64,000 bases of DNA. It comes from an uncultured Methanoregulaceae archaeon. GTDB taxonomy: Archaea > Halobacteriota > Methanomicrobia > Methanomicrobiales > Methanospirillaceae. Where the stretch lies: NCBI GenBank assembly GCA_963705255.1, contig OY970061.1:512001-576000 (forward strand). Direction: 5' to 3'. Position 1 is the first letter of the stretch; every line of letters starts with the position of its first letter. Below, piece by piece: positions 53,577 to 62,926 of the stretch. The notes under the pieces are model-generated. The model saw nothing but the letters and a program-made list of their open reading frames with translations. It was not told the origin of the DNA and did no database searches. Position numbers and translations under genes: made by a program.

Positions 53577-54455
53577 TCACCGGTAAAACGGCACCCGGTC
53601 TGCCACGGCCTTCCGGAACAGCGCTTCAAGTTCCGCGCCATGTTTTCCCCGGATATCGATGTGGTTGTCCGTACGCATGAGGCAGGGCTTGAGTTTTCCA
53701 TCGGAAGTAACCCTGAGTCTGGTGCAGTATGCGCAGAACTCGGTATTGTGGACCGGGCGCACGACCTCGACCTCGGCCCCGTCAAGACAGTATTTTTTCC
53801 GGTGGTGCATACGGCGGGTCACAATCTGTTTTGATCGCGATGCGAGGGAGCGTTCAACGCCGTTCAGGTCCCCATGGTGATCGCACTCGTTGAAGTTCAT
53901 CAGTTCGATCAGCTGGAGGATAAGGTTCCGGTTGCCGCGGACGAAGGCGAGGAAATCATCGACCTCCTGGTCGTTGATGCCTTCGAGCAGGACCATGTTG
54001 ATCTTCACGGGGGTCAGTCCCGCCTTGAGGGCAGCAGTTATCCCGTTGAAGACATCGGACAGCCGGTCAATACCGGTGATCTTCTTGTAGGTGTCCGGGT
54101 TCAGGCTGTCAAGACTGACGTTCACCCGCCTGAGGCCCGCATCTTTGAGGTCCTGTGCCAGACCCGAAAGGAGCGTGCCGTTCGTGGTCAGGGAAGATTC
54201 CATGCCCGGTGGCACGGACCGGATTATCTCCAGGAGATCGGGGCGGAGGAGTGGTTCGCCGCCGGTGAACTTGACGCTGCGGATCGCGAATTTTGCGGCG
54301 ACCCGCAGGATCTCGGCAATTTCCGGAGCAGACAACTGGTCTTTTGATCCTTTTTCACCCTCGCGGTGACAGTAGATGCAGGAGAGGTTGCACTGCTTGG
54401 TGAGGCTGATCCGGATATTGGTCACCGGGCGGTCGTAGGAATCCTTGAGAACCAT
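53577..54455 (-). CDS. moaA: GTP 3',8-cyclase
   Basis: CNLSCIYCH, FTGGEPLLR, FCAYCTRLRVTSDGKLKPCL. Confidence 0.95.
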   Translation of the reverse strand: MVLKDSYDRPVTNIRISLTKQCNLSCIYCHREGEKGSKDQLSAPEIAEILRVAAKFAIRSVKFTGGEPLLRPDLLEIIRSVPPGMESSLTTNGTLLSGLAQDLKDAGLRRVNVSLDSLNPDTYKKITGIDRLSDVFNGITAALKAGLTPVKINMVLLEGINDQEVDDFLAFVRGNRNLILQLIELMNFNECDHHGDLNGVERSLASRSKQIVTRRMHHRKKYCLDGAEVEVVRPVHNTEFCAYCTRLRVTSDGKLKPCLMRTDNHIDIRGKHGAELEALFRKAVADRVPFYR

Positions 54456-54465
54456 TTTGTACTGT

Positions 54466-55047
54466 TCATCCTGTGAAATTTTTTGCGACTATGTAAAGTT
54501 CAGTGCTTCCTTTCCGGGTCGATCGGGTAATGCAGGTCTTGACAGAATAAAAGTGTTCCTTGGTCATGGCATAGAGCTCGGGAAAGTCCGTTCCCTGGAA
54601 AGACTTGACGACAAAATTTCCTCCCTGTTTCAGGACCCTGCAGGCGAAGTTGAGGGCCTGTTCGTCGAGTTCGATGATCCGTGCCTGGTCGTAACTTTTA
54701 TGCCCGGAGAGCCTGGGTGCCGCATCGCAGAGGACGACATTGACCACCCCGAGCAGGGACCGCACTTTTTCCAGCACCTCGGGGTCATTCAGGTCGCCCT
54801 CGATCGTCTCGACCCCTTCAAGGGCGGCAATCGGGTTGAGATCGATGCCCACGACCCGGGCCTGCGTCAGCGTACGCTCTACCTGGAGCCAGCTCCCCGG
54901 GGCAGCCCCGAGGTCGACGATATTGTCATCCGCCCGGATCACGGAAAATTTCTGCTGGATCTCCGTCAGCTTGTATGCGGCCCGGGAGCGGTACCCCTCG
55001 TGTTTCGCCCGCAGGTAGGTCTTGTCATAACCCCATTGTGAACCCAT
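54466..55047 (-). CDS. rlmE: 23S rRNA 2'-O-methyltransferase RlmE
   Basis: YRSRAAYKL, DLGAAPGSW, CDAAP, VVKSFQG, STELY. Confidence 0.93.
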   Translation of the reverse strand: MGSQWGYDKTYLRAKHEGYRSRAAYKLTEIQQKFSVIRADDNIVDLGAAPGSWLQVERTLTQARVVGIDLNPIAALEGVETIEGDLNDPEVLEKVRSLLGVVNVVLCDAAPRLSGHKSYDQARIIELDEQALNFACRVLKQGGNFVVKSFQGTDFPELYAMTKEHFYSVKTCITRSTRKGSTELYIVAKNFTG

Positions 55048-55145
55048 TATCCGGATCGTTCCCCTCAAATTCCGGGTAAAACCCAAAACGCTATAATTAA
55101 AGTATGACGATATACTGTATAAGAGATTGTGTTAAGGGGTAAGCG

Positions 55146-55889
55146 ATGTTAAAAGCAACGATCGACACAGACATATTCAGGGAAGCTATCGAAGCGATCT
55201 CGGCTCTCATCCCTGAGTGCCGGCTGCATACGGATGAGGCCGGCATCTCCACGCGGGCGGTCGATACCGCCAATGTGGCGATGATCGGACTGACTCTCAA
55301 GAAGGAAGCATTCGATTCGTACAAGGCAACGAAGAGCCAGCTCGGTATTGACCTGATGAAGATGAAGAACATCTTCGGCATGTCCGGAAAGGGCGACCTC
55401 ATCAGCATCGAGATGGCTGACAATGCCCAGAAGATGTCGGTCTCGGTGCACGGCTACCACTATTCGATCACGCTCCTCGACACCAATACCATCCGGAAAG
55501 ACCCGAACCCTCCCACCATCAACCTGCCGGGCAAGATCGTGATCAAAGGCGAAGACCTGAACAATGCGATGAAGGCCGCGGCAGTGATCTCCGACAAGAT
55601 CGCGCTCGGGATCAACCCGAAGGACCAGACCTTCTACCTTGTGGCCGAAGGGGATACCGACCACATCCGGCGGGAATTCTCCAAGGACGAGCTCGTATCG
55701 CTCACCCCGGTTGAAGCCCGTTCGCTCTTCTCCCTCGATTACCTGAAAGACATGGGGAAGGTCATGAGCAAGGCGGCGGAAGTCGAGATTTACCTGGGCG
55801 TCGACCACCCGGTCAGGTTCTCGTTCGATATTGCGGGTGGCAACGGGCATGTCGAGTACCTCCTCGCACCCCGGATAGAGGCTGACTGA
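55146..55889 (+). CDS. pcn: DNA polymerase sliding clamp PCNA
   Basis: RAVDTANVAM, SLFSLDYL, YLLAPRIE. Confidence 0.97.
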   Translation: MLKATIDTDIFREAIEAISALIPECRLHTDEAGISTRAVDTANVAMIGLTLKKEAFDSYKATKSQLGIDLMKMKNIFGMSGKGDLISIEMADNAQKMSVSVHGYHYSITLLDTNTIRKDPNPPTINLPGKIVIKGEDLNNAMKAAAVISDKIALGINPKDQTFYLVAEGDTDHIRREFSKDELVSLTPVEARSLFSLDYLKDMGKVMSKAAEVEIYLGVDHPVRFSFDIAGGNGHVEYLLAPRIEAD

Positions 55890-57010
55890 TGGACTACAGC
55901 CCATCGGCAAAGGAACTTTCCCATTTCCCCTTTTTAAAAAAAGCCCAGGACCATGTCAAGAACTCTTTCCCTCCGATCGATGTGCTGTTGGCCGGAAAGA
56001 AAGGGGCGTTCCTGACCGACCTTGCCGTGAAGCGAATCAATCAGGCCCTCTCCTCAAAAAAGACCATCGTTGCGCATTTCCAGAACCATGACGATGACGA
56101 GATTGCAGGGTATGTTCTTTCCCGGATCCTTGTCTCCTGCATCAACGACAAACAGCTGTTCGACCGCCTCACCCGGTACGAAGCTGAGCGTGCCTACTAT
56201 TTTCTCAATTCCGAGACCGGATCTGAGAGCGAGAGGGGCTGGAACGAGAACACGGTTCTCGATGAAGACAATAACAGCCGGATACTCGCTTACCTGGCAC
56301 GGGAGTTCCGGATCGACATAACAAAGGACCGGATGCCCCTTGCAGATTATGTTGAGATAGTATCCCCGCTCCACGAGGCCCGGTTCAAACTGGTAAACCG
56401 CCGGGTGGAGAACGGGCAGGTGGAGATCCGGAAGGAGGAACTGCTCGAACTGCTCCGCGAAAGGATCCGTGTCATCCTCCGGCGGGATCTTCCCTATAAA
56501 GTCCCGAAGAAGATCTGTGAACAGCTCGGGCCGGTCGCGGAACACATAAAGAAAAAGTACCAGGAGCAGATGCTCCGCCAGTTCGGCACGATTGAGGAGA
56601 GCGCGTTCCCCCCCTGCATGCAGGCCCTCATGGCAGCCCTCACGTCCGGGACAAACCTGACCCATGCCGGCAGGTTCTCCCTGACGACCTTCCTGCATAC
56701 GATCGGCATGGATGTCAGCGGCATCGCCCGGCTCTACGCCCGCTCACCGGACTTCGACCTGGAGAAGACCATGTACCAGGTGGAACACATTACCGGGCGG
56801 GGCGGTTCCGGCACCGAATATACCGCGCCCGCCTGCGCCGCGATGCGTACCACCGGGCTCTGTGTCCACCGGGACCCCCTCTGCGAACGGGTTGCCCACC
56901 CCCTGAGTTATTACACGGTGAAGAAGAAGGATCAGAAAGTGAAAGGGAAGAAGGGCGACGAGAAGAAGGAAGAAAAGCAGGAAGAGAAAACGCCGACATC
57001 GTCCACGTGA
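55889..57010 (+). CDS. priL: DNA primase large subunit
   Basis: FPPCM, NLTHAGRF, PDFD..KT.YQVEHI, Y..PAC..M...GLC, HPLSYY. Confidence 0.95.
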   Translation: MDYSPSAKELSHFPFLKKAQDHVKNSFPPIDVLLAGKKGAFLTDLAVKRINQALSSKKTIVAHFQNHDDDEIAGYVLSRILVSCINDKQLFDRLTRYEAERAYYFLNSETGSESERGWNENTVLDEDNNSRILAYLAREFRIDITKDRMPLADYVEIVSPLHEARFKLVNRRVENGQVEIRKEELLELLRERIRVILRRDLPYKVPKKICEQLGPVAEHIKKKYQEQMLRQFGTIEESAFPPCMQALMAALTSGTNLTHAGRFSLTTFLHTIGMDVSGIARLYARSPDFDLEKTMYQVEHITGRGGSGTEYTAPACAAMRTTGLCVHRDPLCERVAHPLSYYTVKKKDQKVKGKKGDEKKEEKQEEKTPTSST

Positions 57011-57106
57011 TCCTTCTTCAGGTCAGGAGATTTCAATTATTCTGCTGCAATCCCGAAAAAACATTTGGATATGGTTTATGGGGGTTGAGACCCCCATTCC
57101 CCCTTC

Positions 57107-57220
57107 GCGATGAACGCCGCCGCCCCCGGCGGGGCGCCCCCGCGGCGGGTTGATTGCCTGTTTTCTAAAATATGATCGGTAATTTGCCCCGCCGTGCCCC
57201 GTAAGGGGCCCTGAGGCGGG
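57107..57220 (+). repeat. Uninterrupted bipartite repeat A (left arm 57107-57148, 36-bp spacer, right arm 57185-57220)
   Basis: Both GC-rich hairpin arms recur at 21153-21320 and at 40330-40371 / 41095-41140. Confidence 0.88.
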
Positions 57221-57325
57221 AGTCCTCACATAGTTTCAGATTTAAGATAGTAGTCGCTACCGTTTCGGATAATTCAAAAATAGACGGGTGGAACTTATCC
57301 CCCCCGGAAAAATTATGAAGTCGTA

Positions 57326-57532
57326 TCAGGTAATCTTCTCGTTGACCAGGTATCCTGCGCCGGAGAGGAAGACGATGAAGATGACGATTGCCGCAAGGTA
57401 GGCAAAACTTGCGACCTGTTCAAGGGGTAGCGCCAGGACAAGGGCGAATGCCATGGGCAGAACGGCAAGCAGTACGATCAGCAGGATAAAAGCGATCACG
57501 CCGATGATCACGTCAAGAAGTCGCGCGTCCAT
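57326..57532 (-). CDS. Small two-TM membrane protein
   Basis: 68 aa, hydrophobic. Confidence 0.7.
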   Translation of the reverse strand: MDARLLDVIIGVIAFILLIVLLAVLPMAFALVLALPLEQVASFAYLAAIVIFIVFLSGAGYLVNEKIT

Positions 57533-57629
57533 TCATAGCATTTTCGACACGGGAGAATATAGGTTTATCCAATATGCAGAGGACGACCTCCCGTTAACCT
57601 CATGACCCCCGGCTCCAAACCATCTGCTT

Positions 57630-58181
57630 ATGGAACGAACCGGAGCTGTTGCACTTCTCGCACGGTATGTCCATGATAAAAATCTCACCCGGCACTGCCT
57701 TGCCACCGGTGCCGTGATGAAGAAAGCCGCGGAATTCCTGTCGGAAGACGCTGTGACATGGGAAACGATCGGGATCCTCCACGATATCGACTTTGAGCTC
57801 GTCGGCGGCGACATGGGCCGCCACGGTACTGAAGGAGCCGGGATCCTGGTCCGTGAGGGTATCGACAGAGAACTGGCGGAAATCATACAACGCCACAACC
57901 ACTTCATCTATCGCGGGACGTACGAACGCCCCGTCGAGATCGTGCTGCAGGCAGCGGACAGCGTCTCCGGGCTGGTGTTTGCGTGCGCTCTCGTAAAAGG
58001 CGGGAAGATCTCCGACGTCACCCCGAAGACCGTAGGAAAAAAGATGAAAGATAAAGGGTTTGCGGCCGGGTGCGACCGGGACCGGATCGGGCTCATCCGG
58101 GCAGTGATGGATCCCGTAGTCTTCTACGAGCTGGCAATACAGGGGCTCAGGGAGATCCGTTCAGAACTTGACCTTACGTAA
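57630..58181 (+). CDS. HDIG-domain metal-dependent phosphohydrolase
   Basis: HCLA, ILHDIDFE, H, HN, AADS, FAAGCDR. Confidence 0.9.
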   Translation: MERTGAVALLARYVHDKNLTRHCLATGAVMKKAAEFLSEDAVTWETIGILHDIDFELVGGDMGRHGTEGAGILVREGIDRELAEIIQRHNHFIYRGTYERPVEIVLQAADSVSGLVFACALVKGGKISDVTPKTVGKKMKDKGFAAGCDRDRIGLIRAVMDPVVFYELAIQGLREIRSELDLT

Positions 58182-58228
58182 AACCAACCGGGAGGTTTAA
58201 TTGCCCACCCGGTAACCTCTGGAATGGT

Positions 58229-58774
58229 ATGAACAACCCGGCACAGGAACGAAACGACGTCATGGACCGGCTGGCACAAGCAGTTGCCCTGCTTGAAGGG
58301 TCACTGGACCGCCGCCTCATCCCTGAACACGGTCTCCCGCTCGGGTACGCCATCAGGGGTGCGCGGGACAGCCACGGTGTTGCGGCCGTGCAGGGGGGGA
58401 TCGTGGCCGGAGAGACAAAACCCCGTGCCGCAGGCCCCTGCGGGTTCGGCATGGATGACGGGATCGCGGGAATTATCCTGACTGCAATGAAGTTCGACCC
58501 GCTGATGCGGAGTGCAGCGTCGGTCCAGTTCACCGGGCGGGCGCGTGCGGTGCTGGAGGATGACCTGTTCCTCGAATGCGTTACCGGTGATCCCAGACAG
58601 GTATCTGAGGGAATCAGCACGATGGACTGGGGTGTCGCCTCCTGCTGCAGGGATGGCGTACCGGACGTGATATTCAGGCCGGGTGCGGGGGGAAACGTAT
58701 CCCGAATCCTTCTTTTCGGCGAGGATCCGGTCGGCGTTGCAAACAATATCATTATCTGCTCAAACCGCATTTAA
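58229..58774 (+). CDS. ThiN-family (thiamine-phosphate synthase-like) domain protein
   Basis: LIPE.G..LGYA, VAAVQGGI, MKFDP.MRSA, VPDVI, LFGEDP. Confidence 0.82.
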   Translation: MNNPAQERNDVMDRLAQAVALLEGSLDRRLIPEHGLPLGYAIRGARDSHGVAAVQGGIVAGETKPRAAGPCGFGMDDGIAGIILTAMKFDPLMRSAASVQFTGRARAVLEDDLFLECVTGDPRQVSEGISTMDWGVASCCRDGVPDVIFRPGAGGNVSRILLFGEDPVGVANNIIICSNRI

Positions 58775-58800
58775 AATATAGAATTCTTGAGGAATTGTAC

Positions 58801-58992
58801 ATGGGAATCAAGCCGTCATATATCAAAACGCTCGGTAACGAACTTGTGGCGAAACAGCGCGACAAATTCTCGAATAACTTCGAAGAGAACAAGCAGCAGC
58901 TCGGTACTTCCGCAGTCATCGGGAGCAAGCGTGTCCGGAACCGCGTCGCCGGATACATTACAAGAAAAATAAATACCAAAAGACGCTCATAA
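58801..58992 (+). CDS. rps17e: 30S ribosomal protein S17e
   Basis: MGIKPSYIK...FEENK...SKRVRNRVAGYITR. Confidence 0.96.
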   Translation: MGIKPSYIKTLGNELVAKQRDKFSNNFEENKQQLGTSAVIGSKRVRNRVAGYITRKINTKRRS

Positions 58993-59000
58993 CCCTATTC

Positions 59001-59966
59001 ATGTTTGAAGGCGTCCTTCCGGCAATCATTACCCCTTTTAAAAGAAACCCTTCCATGAGCCTTGACATCCAGGGCCTTGACCGCAACATTGGGTTTCTCC
59101 TCTCCCGTGGCATCCACGGGATTGTTCCCTGCGGATCGACTGGTGAATCTGCGACTCTTACCTTTGAAGAGCACGAAAAGGTCATTGAGCTCACGGTCGG
59201 GAAGGTCAACGGAAAGATCCCGGTGCTCGCCGGTACCGGTTCCAACAACACTGCCGAGGCAGTGCGACTGACGAAGGCCGCGAAGGACATCGGTGCGGAC
59301 GGGGTGCTCGTCATCAGTCCGTACTACAACAAGCCGAACCGGGCAGGTCTCATCAAGCACTACACGAAACTTGCGGACCTTGACATCCCGGTGGTCGTGT
59401 ACAACGTTCCGGGGAGGACCGGCCAGAACCTTGAGCCGGATCTCATCGCAGAACTGGCGCAGCACCCCAACATCGTCGGTGTCAAGGAAGCGAGCGGCAA
59501 TATCGGGCAGATCTCGCGGATCCTCGAAGAGACGCAGGATGAGGATTTTGCGGTCATATCCGGTGACGACAATATCACGCTGCCGATAATTGCGCTCGGC
59601 GGATCCGGTGTCATCTCGGTTGCGGCCAACGTCGATCCTGCACGGATGGTCGCGATGTACGAGGCCATGAAATGCGGCGACTACCAGAAGGCGCTGGTGC
59701 TCCACTATGCCCTCTCCCCCCTGTTCCGCTCCATGTTCATCGATACCAACCCGATCCCGGTGAAGAAGGCGGTGGAACTGATCGGCCTAGCAGGCGGCCC
59801 GGTGCGTCTCCCGCTCGACGAACTTGATGAGAAAAAGACCGAGCAGCTGAAGAAGGTTCTCGCCACCGTCCCTGCAAAGGCGGCGGCAAAGGCAAAGCCG
59901 GCTGCGAAGAGACCGGTGAAGAGAGCAGCGCCAAAAGCAAAACCCGCCCAGAAACGCACCCGGTGA
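59001..59966 (+). CDS. dapA: 4-hydroxy-tetrahydrodipicolinate synthase with Ala/Lys/Pro tail
   Basis: GSTGES, PYYNKP, YNVPGRTG, GVKEASG, TNPIPVK. Confidence 0.97.
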   Translation: MFEGVLPAIITPFKRNPSMSLDIQGLDRNIGFLLSRGIHGIVPCGSTGESATLTFEEHEKVIELTVGKVNGKIPVLAGTGSNNTAEAVRLTKAAKDIGADGVLVISPYYNKPNRAGLIKHYTKLADLDIPVVVYNVPGRTGQNLEPDLIAELAQHPNIVGVKEASGNIGQISRILEETQDEDFAVISGDDNITLPIIALGGSGVISVAANVDPARMVAMYEAMKCGDYQKALVLHYALSPLFRSMFIDTNPIPVKKAVELIGLAGGPVRLPLDELDEKKTEQLKKVLATVPAKAAAKAKPAAKRPVKRAAPKAKPAQKRTR

Positions 59967-59973
59967 GCGGCTT

Positions 59974-60738
59974 ATGGCAAGAGTCGTCGTGTGCGGCGCC
60001 TTCGGGCGCATGGGCCAGACCATCGGCCGGATGGTCAACGAGTCGAAGGACCTCGAGCTCGTCGGGGGTATCAACCTGAAGCCCGGATCGTTCTTCGGGG
60101 TGGAGATCGTTGAGGCGAAGGACGCCGAGGCGCTCCTGAAGAGGACGAAGGCCGAGGTGCTGATCGACTTCACGGTCGCCAGCGCCGCTGTCGGGAACGT
60201 GAAGATGGCGGCCCGCAACAACTGTGCCCTCATTGTCGGCACCACCGGTATCACCGCGGAGCAGCGGGCCGAGATGGAGAAGGCAATCCAAGGTCATGTC
60301 CCGGCGGTCATCTCCAGCAACTTCTCGATTGGCGTCAATATCTTCTTGAAGCTGGTACGGGAATCGGCAAAGCTCCTCAGGGACTATGACATCGAGGTGA
60401 TCGAAGCCCACCACCGGAACAAGAAGGACGCCCCGAGCGGCACGGCAAAGACGATCCTGCAGATCCTCGACGAGGAAGCCGGCCAGCGCAAAAAGATGTA
60501 CGGCCGGGAAGGGATGACCGAACGGCAGAACGAGATCGGCGTCCACGTGATCCGCGGTGGGGATATTGTCGGGGACCACAAGGTCATGTTCTCGAAGAAC
60601 TTCGAGACTATCGAACTTTCGCACCGGGCCTATGACCGGTCGGTCTTTGCCAGCGGTGCCCTTACCGCGGCACGCTGGGTTGTCGGGAAGAGACCCGGTA
60701 TCTATGGCATGAGCGATGTGCTCGGGTTGAGGAAATAA
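59974..60738 (+). CDS. dapB: 4-hydroxy-tetrahydrodipicolinate reductase
   Basis: GAFGRMG, IDFT, GTTG, EAHHRNKKDAPSGTA. Confidence 0.97.
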   Translation: MARVVVCGAFGRMGQTIGRMVNESKDLELVGGINLKPGSFFGVEIVEAKDAEALLKRTKAEVLIDFTVASAAVGNVKMAARNNCALIVGTTGITAEQRAEMEKAIQGHVPAVISSNFSIGVNIFLKLVRESAKLLRDYDIEVIEAHHRNKKDAPSGTAKTILQILDEEAGQRKKMYGREGMTERQNEIGVHVIRGGDIVGDHKVMFSKNFETIELSHRAYDRSVFASGALTAARWVVGKRPGIYGMSDVLGLRK

Positions 60739-60842
60739 TCGCCCCTTTTTAAAAATGCCGATTGAATAATTTGCATAAATTCCGGTTTTGTTGAAACCTT
60801 TTTCTGATCATTTGCTTATACTATTCTGCTGCGGTTAGGAGT

Positions 60843-61117
60843 GTGACCCCCTCTCTCAAATCGAAGAACACTCCGGGTTCGATCGAAGACCTGCGGTCTT
60901 CTCCTGTCTCAAGTCTGATGACTTTCGACATTCTCCAGCCTACTCTTCCCTTCGGGAACAGCAGTCTCCCCAGAGGGGGAGGCAACGCAAGGGGAGCGTC
61001 CCCTTGACCCCCCTTTTTTCGGCAGGATTTTCACTAACCTTCTGAGGGACTATCTCTATATGGGGGCTGCCCAAGCGGCGGGGGCGGAAGCATGAAGTGC
61101 TGGAGCCCCCAAGAGCG
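60843..61117 (-). repeat. Host repeat B with a mini-element (60858-60967) itself interrupted by another (60881-60930)
   Basis: Collinear with 51198-51382 and 35719-36076. Confidence 0.88.
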
Positions 61118-61343
61118 ACTTCTAGTTTCCTTGAGGATTTCAGCATTTTTGCCTGAACTCCATTTCCGGTTATTCTGTATCGCGATCGTTCCGCGGTTAA
61201 GTCAGATTACCTACCATGTTATTTCGCTTTTTGATTCTCGTAATCTCTGCTTACGCTGCCGAAAAACACAGTTCGGTTTTGTATATGCCATATCGAAACC
61301 TATTTTTTGTCTTTTGAGAAACATATACGATGGAGTGAATGAG

Positions 61344-61517
61344 TTGGTAGCGGTCGTTGACAACGATAAGTGTACCGGATGTGAAACCTGCGTGAGCGAA
61401 TGTCCCGCATCGGCAATCGCCCTCGATAATGACAAGGCAAAAGTTGACAAGGAGATGTGCGTTGACTGCCAGACCTGTGTCGATATCTGCCCCTCTGAAG
61501 CCATAACCGTGGAGTGA
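61344..61517 (+). CDS. 2x[4Fe-4S] ferredoxin, copy 1
   Basis: CTGCETCVSECP / CVDCQTCVDICP; TTG start after GGAGTGA (GTG at 61335 is an alternative). Confidence 0.92.
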   Translation: MVAVVDNDKCTGCETCVSECPASAIALDNDKAKVDKEMCVDCQTCVDICPSEAITVE

Positions 61518-61522
61518 ATGAA

Positions 61523-61696
61523 TTGGTAGCTGTTGTTGACACCGATAAGTGTACCGGATGCGAGACCTGCGTGAGCGAATGTCCCGCATCGGCAATCGCC
61601 ATGGAGAATGACAAGGCGAAAGTGGACAAGGACATGTGCGTCGACTGCCAGACCTGTGTCGACGCCTGTCCGTCAGAAGCAATCCATATGGAATAA
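61523..61696 (+). CDS. 2x[4Fe-4S] ferredoxin, copy 2
   Basis: Near-identical tandem paralogue; TTG at 61523 or GTG at 61514. Confidence 0.92.
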   Translation: MVAVVDTDKCTGCETCVSECPASAIAMENDKAKVDKDMCVDCQTCVDACPSEAIHME

Positions 61697-61890
61697 GGCT
61701 GGAATACCTCCGGCACTCTTTTTGATGTAATTCAGTCCTGACTCACTTTTCGGGAATCCGTGATAGGAAGCAGTGCGTCCCGCATGATAATTATAAAAAA
61801 CAACGTTTTTATCATCATAAGTGAAATGGGATTTTACAACCCGCCATCATTTCAAACGGGGAAGAACACACTAGACAGGACCTGACACCT

Positions 61891-62909
61891 ATGATCAATG
61901 TTGGAGTGCTCGGTGCAACGGGCGCGGTTGGTCAGCGATTTGTTGAACTTTTAGCGGATCACCCCTGGTTCAAACTTACAACGCTTGCCGCTTCCGGACG
62001 CAGTGCGGGAAAACCTTACGGGAAGATCGTCAAATGGCGCCTTGATACGCCGTTTCCTGAGACCATCGGAAAACTCAAAGTCGTCCCGACTTCGCCCAAG
62101 GCCATGAAGGGTGTCGACCTTGTCTTCTCCGCCCTTCCCGCAGAGATTGCAACGGATGTCGAGACCGAGTTTGCCGACGCGGGCATCGGGGTCTGCAGCA
62201 ACGCAAGTTCCCACAGGATGGAACCGGCCATTCCCCTCGTGGTACCGGAAGTGAACCCGGAACACCTCGGCCTCATCGACGTCCAGCGCGATGCCGGCAG
62301 GGATGGGTTCATCGTTACCAACCCGAACTGTTCCACCATCGTGATGGTGGCAGCCCTCGCACCCCTCCGCACATTCAGGTTTACGGACGTCCGGGTCGCG
62401 ACCATGCAGGCTATATCCGGGGCAGGGTTTGAAGGAGTTGCGGCGATGGCCATCTGCGACAACGTCATCCCGTACATCGGCAAGGAAGAAGAGAAGATGG
62501 AGACCGAGGCGCTCAAGATCATGGGGACCCTGAAGGGGAAGAAGGTGACCAACGCGCCATTCAAAGTCAGCGCCAGTTGCCACCGCGTACCGGTGATCGA
62601 CGGACATACCATGGCCGTCTGGGTGGATATCAAGGAACCCGTGGAAAAACTCAAAAAAGCGTTCCAGAACTATAAACCGCCGATCAGGGGGCTCCCGACA
62701 CAACCGGCGGAATCCGTGCATTTCTTCGATGAAGAACCCGACCGGCCCAGCCACGCCTCGACCGGATGCGGGGGAAAGGAATGACGGTCTCGGTGGGCCG
62801 GCTCCGTGAAGGTGTCCGGTTCGTGGCGATGGGGCATAACACCATCCGCGGCGCCGCCGGGGCAAGTGTACTGAACGCAGAACTGATCACAAAGAAGAAG
62901 TATCTCTAA
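61891..62909 (+). CDS. asd: Aspartate-semialdehyde dehydrogenase, one C missing near 62746
   Basis: [30 protein letters not shown]; shifted frame gives QPRLDR...[16 protein letters not shown]. Confidence 0.93.
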
Positions 62910-62926
62910 AAAAGGGATGGGAACCT

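Noticed and set aside
62740-62760. Programmed frameshift in asd (and in the CBS and kinase genes)
   Set aside because: No slippery heptamer is present; single-base homopolymer indels recur across unrelated genes.
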